Assembly: GCA_965203175.1 (NCBI GenBank) | Contig: OZ241867.1 | Location: forward strand, 5,760,001 to 5,824,000 | Length of the DNA stretch: 64,000 nt | DNA from: Candidatus Latescibacterota bacterium | GTDB taxonomy: Bacteria; Latescibacterota; UBA2968; UBA8231 | Direction: 5' to 3' | In this document: positions 29,269-37,841 of the stretch, in pieces | Layout: every line of letters starts with the position of its first letter | Numbering within the stretch: the first letter of the stretch is position 1 | Program-made: the position numbers and the translations under genes | Notes under the pieces: model-generated | The model's input: only the letters and a program-made list of their open reading frames with translations | Databases searched by the model: none | Told to the model about the DNA's origin: nothing

Positions 29269-30863
29269 CGCGGCGCACCCTCTTGGGAGCTGCTTTAGCG
29301 TGCCTGTGGGCCGCGCTGGGCCGCGCCGAGGTGCAGTTTGTCGAGGTGGCAGCCGAGGCCGGAATCGCCTTTCGCCATCAGAATGGAGCCAAGGGACAAA
29401 AGTATCCAATGGAGACCATGGGCTCGGGCACGGCCTTTTTCGACTACGATGGCGACGGGTGGCTCGACCTATACTTCGTCAACAGCGTCGGACCGGGCGC
29501 ACTCTACCGCAACGCGAGCGCCGGTCAGTTCACCAATGCAACCGACCAAGCCGGCGTAGCCAATTCGGGCTACGGGTTGGGCTGTGCCGCAGCCGACTAC
29601 GACTCAGACGGCGACTTGGACTTGTACATCACTGCCTACGGCCCCAATATCCTCTACCGCAACGAGGGCACTAGCCGGTTCGCCGATGTCACCGACCAAG
29701 CTGGCGTGGCCGGGCCAGTCCTAGTCAATCCAGCGATGAGTACAGGCGCGGCCTTTGCCGACTACGATTTGGACGGCGACTTGGATTTCTTCGTCGCCAA
29801 TTACGCCAAGTTTCGCCCCGAGATACACGAGCCCTGCATCCGCTCCGGCGGGATTGCGGTGTACTGCGGGCCAGAGGCCTTTGAGCCGCAGCGCGACGTG
29901 TTTTATCGCAACGCAGGCGACGCTACTTTTGCCGATGTCACCGAGGAAGCCGGGCTGCTGTCGGATGCCGCCAAGGAATTAGGGGCCTTTTTCATCGACT
30001 ACGATGCAGACGGCGATCTCGACCTGTACGCGGCTGGCGACCGCACCCCTAACTTGCTCTACCGCAACGACGGCGGCCGCTTTGCCGAGATCGGCGCTTT
30101 AGCCGGGGTCGCTTACAACGACGCGGGCAAGCCGCTGGCCGGCATGGGGGTTGACGTGGGCGACTACGATGGCGACGGCCGGTTTGACTTCTTCGTCACC
30201 AATTACCAGTGGGAAACCAACAGCCTGTACCGCAACCTCGGCAACGGGTTTTTCGCCGACGTGACCTTTCAGTCCGGGCTAGGGGTCCCCAGCTTGCAGT
30301 TCCTCGCGTGGGGCACCCTCTTCATCGACTACGACAATGACGGCGACCGCGACCTGTTTGTCGCCAACGGCCACCTCGACGACAACATCCACCTGTTCGA
30401 CGCCGTGACGTATGAGCAGCAAAACCAACTCTTCCGCAATCAGGAGGGACGCTTTGCCGACGTGAGCAATCAGGTGGGACCGGGCTTGCTGTTGCGGCAA
30501 GTGAGCCGCGGCGCGGCCATGGGCGATTACGACAACGACGGCGACCTCGATATCTCAGTAGCCAACAACAACCAGCCAGCCGCCCTCTTGCGCAACGACG
30601 GCGGCAACTCCCAGCACTATTTGAGCTTGCGGTTGGTTGGGGACTCCGTCGGGGCCGAGATCCGCGTTGCCGCGGGCGACTGGGTCCGGTGGGATGTGGT
30701 GCGCGCCGGATCGAGCTACATGTGCCAAAGCGCACTGCGCCCCTTTTTCGGGTTGGGAGATCGCACCCGCGTCGACGAGGTGGAAATCCATTGGCCCAGC
30801 GGCACTGTGCAGCGCTTACAAGACGTCGCAGCCGACCAGATCCTGACTGTGTACGAGCCTTGA
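29265..30863 (+). CDS. CRTAC1-family FG-GAP repeat protein with ASPIC/UnbV C-terminus
   Basis: Signal peptide; repeated DYDGDG/DYDNDGDxD; LYRN; FGLG..VDEVEIHWPSG. Confidence 0.92.
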   Translation: MTRRTLLGAALACLWAALGRAEVQFVEVAAEAGIAFRHQNGAKGQKYPMETMGSGTAFFDYDGDGWLDLYFVNSVGPGALYRNASAGQFTNATDQAGVANSGYGLGCAAADYDSDGDLDLYITAYGPNILYRNEGTSRFADVTDQAGVAGPVLVNPAMSTGAAFADYDLDGDLDFFVANYAKFRPEIHEPCIRSGGIAVYCGPEAFEPQRDVFYRNAGDATFADVTEEAGLLSDAAKELGAFFIDYDADGDLDLYAAGDRTPNLLYRNDGGRFAEIGALAGVAYNDAGKPLAGMGVDVGDYDGDGRFDFFVTNYQWETNSLYRNLGNGFFADVTFQSGLGVPSLQFLAWGTLFIDYDNDGDRDLFVANGHLDDNIHLFDAVTYEQQNQLFRNQEGRFADVSNQVGPGLLLRQVSRGAAMGDYDNDGDLDISVANNNQPAALLRNDGGNSQHYLSLRLVGDSVGAEIRVAAGDWVRWDVVRAGSSYMCQSALRPFFGLGDRTRVDEVEIHWPSGTVQRLQDVAADQILTVYEP

Positions 30864-30935
30864 TCGAGGCGGCATTGCACGAGCACACCCTAGGTATTGT
30901 ATTTATACCCCGTCCTTAAAAGAGGAGACCGCATC

Positions 30936-31751
30936 ATGCAAGCCCTTGCCACTTTTGACGATGCACACCACGAGCAGTTCATGGATCAAGGCTACGTGCG
31001 GCTGGGCAAAGTCCTGTCCCAGGACGAATTGGCCGCCTTGCAGCAACGCATCGACGACATCATGCTGGGCCGCGTCCGCTACGAACACATGCGCTTACAG
31101 GTCGTCGAAGAGGACGGCGAAGTGCGCCGCACCATGGGCAACCAGGTGCAGACGCTCGCGTACCGGCGCATCGACGACCTAGAGCAAGACCCGCTCTTCC
31201 TCGCCTATATTCAGCATCCGCTCTTCCACCAGATTACCCGCCGCTACATCGGCGAGGAAGTCTCGGTCTTCCGCTCGATGTTTATGAACAAACCGCCCGA
31301 ACTCCGCCGCGGGTTGCCCTGGCATCAGGACGTGGGAATTGGCTGGCGCATCGACACCAATCCCATCGTCACCGTGTGGACGGCGCTCGACGAGGCGACC
31401 ACTGCCACCGGCTGTATGCAGATCGTGCCGGGCAGCAACAAGCACGGCATCATCAACGAGCGGCATTTTCTCCCCGCCGAGCAAGAGCCCCAATACACAC
31501 CCCCGGAGGCGGTGATCGACTTGGAAGCCGAGGCAGGGGAGGCCATTCTACTGCACAATTTCCTGCTGCATCGCTCTGGGCCCAACTCCACCACGTCGGC
31601 CCGCCGCGCTTTCAGCGTAACCTATATGGACTCCAAAACCCGCTCCCGGGAAACCGGCCAAACCTTTCCCGTGGTCTTCGGCACACAGGCGCTGGACCCG
31701 GCGACGGTAGATGGCAAACCAGCCGAATTGGTCGCCAAGTTTCACGGCTGA
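30936..31751 (+). CDS. PhyH-family Fe(II)/2-oxoglutarate dioxygenase
   Basis: GAGGAG then ATG 30936; WHQD, WTALD, GCMQIVPGS, HRSGPN...RRA. Confidence 0.9.
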   Translation: MQALATFDDAHHEQFMDQGYVRLGKVLSQDELAALQQRIDDIMLGRVRYEHMRLQVVEEDGEVRRTMGNQVQTLAYRRIDDLEQDPLFLAYIQHPLFHQITRRYIGEEVSVFRSMFMNKPPELRRGLPWHQDVGIGWRIDTNPIVTVWTALDEATTATGCMQIVPGSNKHGIINERHFLPAEQEPQYTPPEAVIDLEAEAGEAILLHNFLLHRSGPNSTTSARRAFSVTYMDSKTRSRETGQTFPVVFGTQALDPATVDGKPAELVAKFHG

Positions 31752-31768
31752 TTCTCTCGCGCTAGCTA

Positions 31769-33733
31769 ATGTCACCAACACCCGAGCAGACCGTGCCTAA
31801 GGAGTCAGACGCAGTACCGGCTTTTACTGCCAAATCCGTGCTAGTCGGATGCGCCGGAGCCTTCAGCGTGTCGGCTGGGGCCGCCTACGGCACCCTCTAC
31901 TTACACGGCTCCTTTATGGCTCTGGGCACCAGTATGCCTGGAGCGGTGTTCATCCTCTTCCTACTGACCCTTTTTATCAATCCCCTGCTCAAGCTCGTAC
32001 ACCCGAGCTGGGGGCTCAATCGGCGCGAACTGCTGGTCGTCTATGTTATGATGGTGATGGCCTCGCCGATTCCAACCCTCTTCGTCGCCAAGTTCCTCAG
32101 TGCCATTAGCTATCCCTTCTACTACGCCACGGCTGAAAACGAGTGGCGGCAACTGATCCATCCCTATATCCCCGACTGGCTGATGGTCCACGACGTGGAA
32201 ACCGTCCGCAAATTCTACGAGGGCAGTGGACGGGACGAACCGATTCCTTGGGAAGTATGGCGCAGCGTCATCGGGGTGTGGACGCCCTTTATCTGTGCCC
32301 TCTTCCTGATGATGATTTCCTTCATGGCGATCCTGCGCAAACAGTGGATCCAACACGAGCGGCTGATCTACCCGCTGATGCAGGTGCCGCTGGCCATGAC
32401 CGAGGAGGGCGAAGACGACCAAAAGCTAAGCCCCTTTTTCAAAAACCCCGTCATGTGGGCCGGCTTTGCCATCCCCGCGCTGTGGGGCACGTTGCACGGG
32501 CTATACAATTACTTTCCCGAAACCATCCCCATCGCCCAGAACGTCGATCCAATACGCATGGACGTGCCGGTTTTCCGCCGCACGGCCGACCTGTACGTCG
32601 CGCTGCGCTTCAACATCATCGGCTTCTTTTACTTTCTCAAGACCGACATCGCCTTCAGCCTGTGGTTTTTCAACCTGCTTTCTTTTGCGGTGCGCGGCAT
32701 TTTTGGCATTCTCGGCGTGGTCAGTAGCGAGACAGGGGGTGCCGGCCACGCAGTACGCGATCCTTTCTTGGCCTACCAATCGATGGGCGCGATTCTCGTG
32801 CTCTTTTTGGGCGGCATCTGGACGGCGCGCAAGCATCTGCGAAGCGTGTGGCGCAAGGCCTTCAAAGGCGACGAGAACATTGACGACAGCGACGAGATCC
32901 TCTCCTACCGCGCAGCCCTGATTGTGCTGACGGTCTCTTGTCTGGTGATAGTAGGTTGGCTGTGGCTGGCTGGACTACGACCGGTCTTCGGGCTGGCCAT
33001 TCTCTTCTTGGGCGTCGTCATCATCTTTGGCTATTCGCGAGTGGTGGCCGAGGGCGGGCTTTCGGACGGCTCGCCGCCGGTGGTGCCAGCGGGGATTTTA
33101 GTGTCCGCGGTAGGTTCGTCGGTCATCGGAACCCAAGGCCTAGTCGTGCTGGCGACGACCTTCCTGTGGACCACCGGGCGCAATTTCGTCATGGTCTCCT
33201 GCGCCAACAGTCTGCGACTGGGCGAGGAGTTGGGGCGCAACCGCCGACCCCTCTTTTGGATCATCGTCTTGGCGCTAGTCGTGGCCGTGGGTGCGGCCGT
33301 GTGGATGGTGATGCTGCTCAGCCACAAATACGGGGCGATCAACCTGTGGATCTGGAGCGGCGGCAACTACAGCTATGTGGAGAAGGTCCTTCGCACGCCG
33401 ACCGACTTCTACGGCTGGGGCTGGGTCAATATGGGGATTGGCGCGGCGATTATGACCGGATTGATGGTCGCGCGCTGGCTCTACGTCTGGTGGCCGCTGC
33501 ATCCACTGGGCTATGTGATCGGGCCGATCTGGATCATGGACCACTTGTGGTTCAATATGTTCATCGCTTGGGGGATCAAGGTCCTCGTGCTCAAATACGG
33601 AGGCGTGCGGCTCTATCTGAAGACGCGGCCCTTTTTCATGGGAATGATCCTCGGCTATTTCACCCCCGGCGGGTTCTATCTGATCGTCGACCATTTCACC
33701 GGCATGACTTGGAACGTGATATTCTGGGGTTGA
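31769..33733 (+). CDS. DUF6785/DUF6784-like polytopic membrane transporter (paralog 2)
   Basis: LRKQWIQHERLIYP, WWPLHPLG, RPFFMGMILG; same architecture as 21924-23834. Confidence 0.72.
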   Translation: MSPTPEQTVPKESDAVPAFTAKSVLVGCAGAFSVSAGAAYGTLYLHGSFMALGTSMPGAVFILFLLTLFINPLLKLVHPSWGLNRRELLVVYVMMVMASPIPTLFVAKFLSAISYPFYYATAENEWRQLIHPYIPDWLMVHDVETVRKFYEGSGRDEPIPWEVWRSVIGVWTPFICALFLMMISFMAILRKQWIQHERLIYPLMQVPLAMTEEGEDDQKLSPFFKNPVMWAGFAIPALWGTLHGLYNYFPETIPIAQNVDPIRMDVPVFRRTADLYVALRFNIIGFFYFLKTDIAFSLWFFNLLSFAVRGIFGILGVVSSETGGAGHAVRDPFLAYQSMGAILVLFLGGIWTARKHLRSVWRKAFKGDENIDDSDEILSYRAALIVLTVSCLVIVGWLWLAGLRPVFGLAILFLGVVIIFGYSRVVAEGGLSDGSPPVVPAGILVSAVGSSVIGTQGLVVLATTFLWTTGRNFVMVSCANSLRLGEELGRNRRPLFWIIVLALVVAVGAAVWMVMLLSHKYGAINLWIWSGGNYSYVEKVLRTPTDFYGWGWVNMGIGAAIMTGLMVARWLYVWWPLHPLGYVIGPIWIMDHLWFNMFIAWGIKVLVLKYGGVRLYLKTRPFFMGMILGYFTPGGFYLIVDHFTGMTWNVIFWG

Positions 33734-33741
33734 TTAATTAT

Positions 33742-33772
33742 TTGACAGGCACCTGCTATTTTGTGTTATATT
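33742..33772 (+). promoter_or_regulatory. Candidate promoter for cluster 2
   Basis: TTGACA (33742) and extended -10 TGnTATATT (33764-33772); spacer is long (19 nt). Confidence 0.45.
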
Positions 33773-33810
33773 CGCCGTGAGATTTTCTGCTTTTTTAGGA
33801 GATGGCCGGT

Positions 33811-35862
33811 ATGAAATCCAAGCTCTGTTTGGCAGCAGCGTGTATGGCCATAGCCCAAGTCTGCACGGCTGGAGCGCAGGTGTCGCAATTTCGCCTCGGC
33901 GGTGCCGATGGCCTCGACTGGGAAGAGCAGACGCTGGTCAACTTGATGGTCGATAACACCACGATCCTTGGCTCGATCCAACCGCTGGAACTCAAGCCTG
34001 ACGTCAATGTGGTTACCCAGCTACGCCACTGGACGCGCTATCGGCAGCCAATTGACATCGACTACCAAGAGGGGATGCCTCGCGTCTGGCGGGCAATCGG
34101 CGATGTCTCTCGGCCCGGCCACGTCTCCAACCCGATGGAATTTATCGACGGCGATCTCAACACTTTTTACGAAGGGCGCGATTTTCAGGGCAGCGGAGGA
34201 CTAGGGGGTATCTGGGGCGAGTTTTACACGCTCGATATGGGCATGCAGATTCCCGCCGATCACTTCAAATTGGTGCCGCCCGAGGGCAACGACCCCTTCT
34301 TCCAAGAGCCATACCGACCCAACTACAAATTCGAAGCCTACGAACTGACGGCCAGCAACGACAAGGTGGCTGTCGAAAGCCAACTACCCCCGCAATTTCG
34401 CTCAGGTGTCGCCGGCACGCAGGAGACGGACTACTATCTACCGCTGGATAAACTGTTGGCCAAAGTAGATCAGAACTTCGACGCAGTTATCGAGGTCGAC
34501 TTCCCGCTCCAGTATCTGCGCTTTTTCCGCATGCGGGTGCTTCCAGATGCCCCACCAAAGTTCACGCGCTACGCGCTGGCCGAGTTAGAAGTATATGGCC
34601 GCGGTTTCGTCCCCCGGGCACGCTGGCTATCGCAGGTGATCGACATGGGGGATCTGGTCAATGTCGGCGAGGTGAACTTCGGCTTGAGTACCTGGCGGCG
34701 CGATGGAGATCAATTAGTCGAATCTCCCGCCGCCAAGGCCGGAGTCAACATCGAGATCAAGACCGGGCTGGACGACGGCCCCATCGCTTATCACTCGTAC
34801 AACGACTTGGCCCAGCCCGTGGAAGTGGAAAAAGACGTGTACGCCAAGCTCAAACCACGCGTGTGGCCGTGGGATCCCCCGGCCGTGGGTTGGCAGGGTA
34901 TCATCGCCGATGACATAAATAATTGGAGCTTCTGGTCGCCGCCGATCCGGGTCCCGGGACAACGGCCTCGCGTGCCCAAGGGGCGCTATATTCAGCTACA
35001 AATCCAGTTAGAGACCGAAGCCTTGTGGGAGTTCGCCCGCCTCGATTGGGTCACCATCGAAACTTCCCCACTTTTGGCCGACCGGATCTTGGGCGAGGTC
35101 GCTGCGGTTGACCAATTGCGCCCCGACGGCAAAGTGCCACAAGTGCCTGCGGGCGAACCGACCGAGTTCGTCCTCGACTTGCGCGCCGAATTTTCCGACG
35201 CCGGCCAGCAGGGGTTTGACGCAGTGCGGTTGGGCCTACCTTCTACGGGCCAGTTGCTGGGACTGGAGATGGGCGATCCGCTGGCGACGGTAGAGCCGGA
35301 CAGCATCGTCGACGAAGGGGGTGAGTTGGCGATCTACTTGCCGCAGATGATCGGACCGGATACCAGCGACGAGCTTCGGTTGCGGCTAGAAACGACCGTG
35401 TACAGTGCGTCCGACCAGTTGCGCGCCGAGGTCTTTGCACGGCAGGGTGACTCGCTGCCCCAAAGCGTTGAAGGCGGTGATGCTAGCGACGAATTGGGCA
35501 CCGACCAGTTGCGGGTATTAGTCAGTTCCGGTTCTCTCGAATCCTTGCTATCCGACGTAGTGATCACACCCGCGATCTTCACGCCCCAAGGCGACGCCAT
35601 CAACGACCAAGTGGCCATTGAATACACCTTGTTCAGCGTGCTTGATGTGGTCGAAGTGGACGTCGAGTTGCTGACTTTGGCCGGTCAGCGAGTGCGAAGC
35701 CTATCAGGTGGAGTGCAAGGTGCTGGGCATCACGCGTTGCAATGGGACGGCCGCGACGAGGCCAATCAACTCGTAGCGCCAGGTTTGTATCTGGCGCGCA
35801 TTGGGGCCAACACCGACCGCGGCCGAGTGGTGCGCTTCGGGGCGGTGGCAGTAGCCTACTAG
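33811..35862 (+). CDS. Secreted WSxWS protein with PNGDG-type C-terminal domain (subtype II)
   Basis: AGGAG 9 nt before ATG 33811; LGGADGLDW, FIDGD, IDMG, NWSFWS, FTPQGDAIND; ends VAVAY. Confidence 0.8.
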   Translation: MKSKLCLAAACMAIAQVCTAGAQVSQFRLGGADGLDWEEQTLVNLMVDNTTILGSIQPLELKPDVNVVTQLRHWTRYRQPIDIDYQEGMPRVWRAIGDVSRPGHVSNPMEFIDGDLNTFYEGRDFQGSGGLGGIWGEFYTLDMGMQIPADHFKLVPPEGNDPFFQEPYRPNYKFEAYELTASNDKVAVESQLPPQFRSGVAGTQETDYYLPLDKLLAKVDQNFDAVIEVDFPLQYLRFFRMRVLPDAPPKFTRYALAELEVYGRGFVPRARWLSQVIDMGDLVNVGEVNFGLSTWRRDGDQLVESPAAKAGVNIEIKTGLDDGPIAYHSYNDLAQPVEVEKDVYAKLKPRVWPWDPPAVGWQGIIADDINNWSFWSPPIRVPGQRPRVPKGRYIQLQIQLETEALWEFARLDWVTIETSPLLADRILGEVAAVDQLRPDGKVPQVPAGEPTEFVLDLRAEFSDAGQQGFDAVRLGLPSTGQLLGLEMGDPLATVEPDSIVDEGGELAIYLPQMIGPDTSDELRLRLETTVYSASDQLRAEVFARQGDSLPQSVEGGDASDELGTDQLRVLVSSGSLESLLSDVVITPAIFTPQGDAINDQVAIEYTLFSVLDVVEVDVELLTLAGQRVRSLSGGVQGAGHHALQWDGRDEANQLVAPGLYLARIGANTDRGRVVRFGAVAVAY

Positions 35863-35863
35863 C

Positions 35864-37825
35864 ATGGAGTTCCAATCAATGGGCTTGCGCACGACAATTT
35901 CTCGCCTTGCGACACTGTGCACAGTCGCTGCGGTCCTCGTCTCACAACCAGCGACTGCGGAAGTCCGCCAGTGGATAGTTGGCGGGGACGAAGGAGCCGC
36001 TTGGCGGGAGCACGAGTTGCTCTCCACCGCGATGAGTTTCGATGTGCCGGGTGCCATCCAACTCGTAGCCTTTACCTCTGAGGACAACGTCATTCCGAGC
36101 CTGACTTGGGTCGATGGGTTTCCCACTGGCTACGTAGAGGAACGCGCCCAAGCGCTGGTCTGGGACAACATAGCGGTTGTGCGGCCTCTCTTGGAGATCG
36201 TCGATGGCATCGACACAACCTCCACCCACCTCGCGTTTAAGCGCTTTGGCATCCCCCAAGACGGCACCAAGTTTTTCTTTGACTTAGGGGCCCGCTTCCC
36301 CGCCAATCGGATTGAGTTTTTTCCGCGCTTGGAGGGCGTTAGTTCGGAAGGGCGGCCGTTCAGCGAAGACTACATCCGCGGCTACGTGCTCAAAGTCAAC
36401 GACGGTGCCAGCTTCAACGAGCGAGACGAGCCGATATACGCTCCCATCAAGCGCGTTGACTTTACCCGCGAGAACACGGCGCAGATCGACTTTCCTCTGC
36501 AATTTGTCCGTTACATTGAACTAGAAGTTACCTCGGCCAGCCCATTTGAATTGGCCGAATTCCAGCTCTTCGGCACGGGATTTGCGCCGGCCGGTTCCTA
36601 TCGGTCAAAGATCATTGACCTCGGAGAGCCAGCCAATTTCAGCCGTGTGGAATGGACGTTGGAAAAGCTGCGCCAGAGCGGCGACGAGCTAGTCGTCGAG
36701 CCAGCCGCCGATGCCAATTTGACGGTAGTAATGCGCACCGGCCTAGACGACAACCCCCGGGTCTATTACGAGTACACCGACCTCTTTACCCGCGAGCGGC
36801 AAGTCGTCACTGAAGACGAGTATAAGTCCCTCGATGAGAGCGTGCGCGGCCCAATTGACGACGACCAAGTCAACTGGAGCCTGTGGTCGGCCCCCTTCAC
36901 CGAGTCCGGCCAGCCCATCCAGCTACCCAGCCCAAGGCGCTATTTCCAGTTTGAGGTGCGGATCGAAAGCGGCGCGATTCTCGACGGCCTGCGGCTCACA
37001 TCGCTGAGCGTCGAACACACGATCCCACCTGTGGCCCAGATCTTGGTGGCCGAGATTTCCCAGTTAGACGTCCCCCGTCCCCCCGGCGATGTGCCCATTG
37101 TGACCGCCGGAGACTTTACGACATTTGCTTACGATGTCGTAGCCCAAATCGAGGAGACAGACACGGGCTTTGACGCCCTGCGCATCCTCACACCCCAATC
37201 AACGCCAGTGTTTCGGCAGTTCTTCACCGGAGAAGACGGGGTTGAGGTCACACCCGACAGCGTGAAAGCGGAGCTGGGCAGCCTGACCATTTTCTTTTCC
37301 TCGCAGCGACCGGAGACCGGCATTTACCGAATGCGCGCCGTGTTCGACACGCAGATTTTCATCCAAGGCACCTCGGTCGAGGCCGAGGTCTTCGACTCGC
37401 AGGCCGAGGACAGCGGCGTACCACAGCGGGTGCAGCCCGGGGACGCCAACCCAGAAGTGCTAACCAATGCTCTGCGGGTGCTGACGACGGCCGCTTCGGC
37501 CAGCCGGTTGGTATCCTCTTTGGCGGTGAGCAGCCCGGTCTTCACCCCCAACGGGGACGGAATCAACGACCAAGTAGAGCTGATCTACAGCCTGTTGCAA
37601 CTGGTAAAGCCGGTTGAAGTCGCAGTTGAAATTTTTGATTTGGCCGGTCGCCCAGTGCATACCATCCTCGAAGCCGAAAGCACCAGCGGTGCCTATGCAG
37701 TGGCTTGGGACGGACGCGACGACCAAGGGCAGGTAGTCCCGCCGGGGCTGTACCTCGCCGTGGTCCAAGTCCACACTGAGAGCGAAACATTCATGCGTTC
37801 CAGCAGCATGGGTGTGGCGTATTGA
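35864..37825 (+). CDS. Secreted WSxWS protein with PNGDG-type C-terminal domain (subtype II)
   Basis: VGGDEGAAW, IIDLGEPANF, NWSLWS..PSPRRY, FTPNGDGIND; ends MGVAY. Confidence 0.8.
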   Translation: MEFQSMGLRTTISRLATLCTVAAVLVSQPATAEVRQWIVGGDEGAAWREHELLSTAMSFDVPGAIQLVAFTSEDNVIPSLTWVDGFPTGYVEERAQALVWDNIAVVRPLLEIVDGIDTTSTHLAFKRFGIPQDGTKFFFDLGARFPANRIEFFPRLEGVSSEGRPFSEDYIRGYVLKVNDGASFNERDEPIYAPIKRVDFTRENTAQIDFPLQFVRYIELEVTSASPFELAEFQLFGTGFAPAGSYRSKIIDLGEPANFSRVEWTLEKLRQSGDELVVEPAADANLTVVMRTGLDDNPRVYYEYTDLFTRERQVVTEDEYKSLDESVRGPIDDDQVNWSLWSAPFTESGQPIQLPSPRRYFQFEVRIESGAILDGLRLTSLSVEHTIPPVAQILVAEISQLDVPRPPGDVPIVTAGDFTTFAYDVVAQIEETDTGFDALRILTPQSTPVFRQFFTGEDGVEVTPDSVKAELGSLTIFFSSQRPETGIYRMRAVFDTQIFIQGTSVEAEVFDSQAEDSGVPQRVQPGDANPEVLTNALRVLTTAASASRLVSSLAVSSPVFTPNGDGINDQVELIYSLLQLVKPVEVAVEIFDLAGRPVHTILEAESTSGAYAVAWDGRDDQGQVVPPGLYLAVVQVHTESETFMRSSSMGVAY

Positions 37826-37841
37826 GAAAGGAGCGATAGCC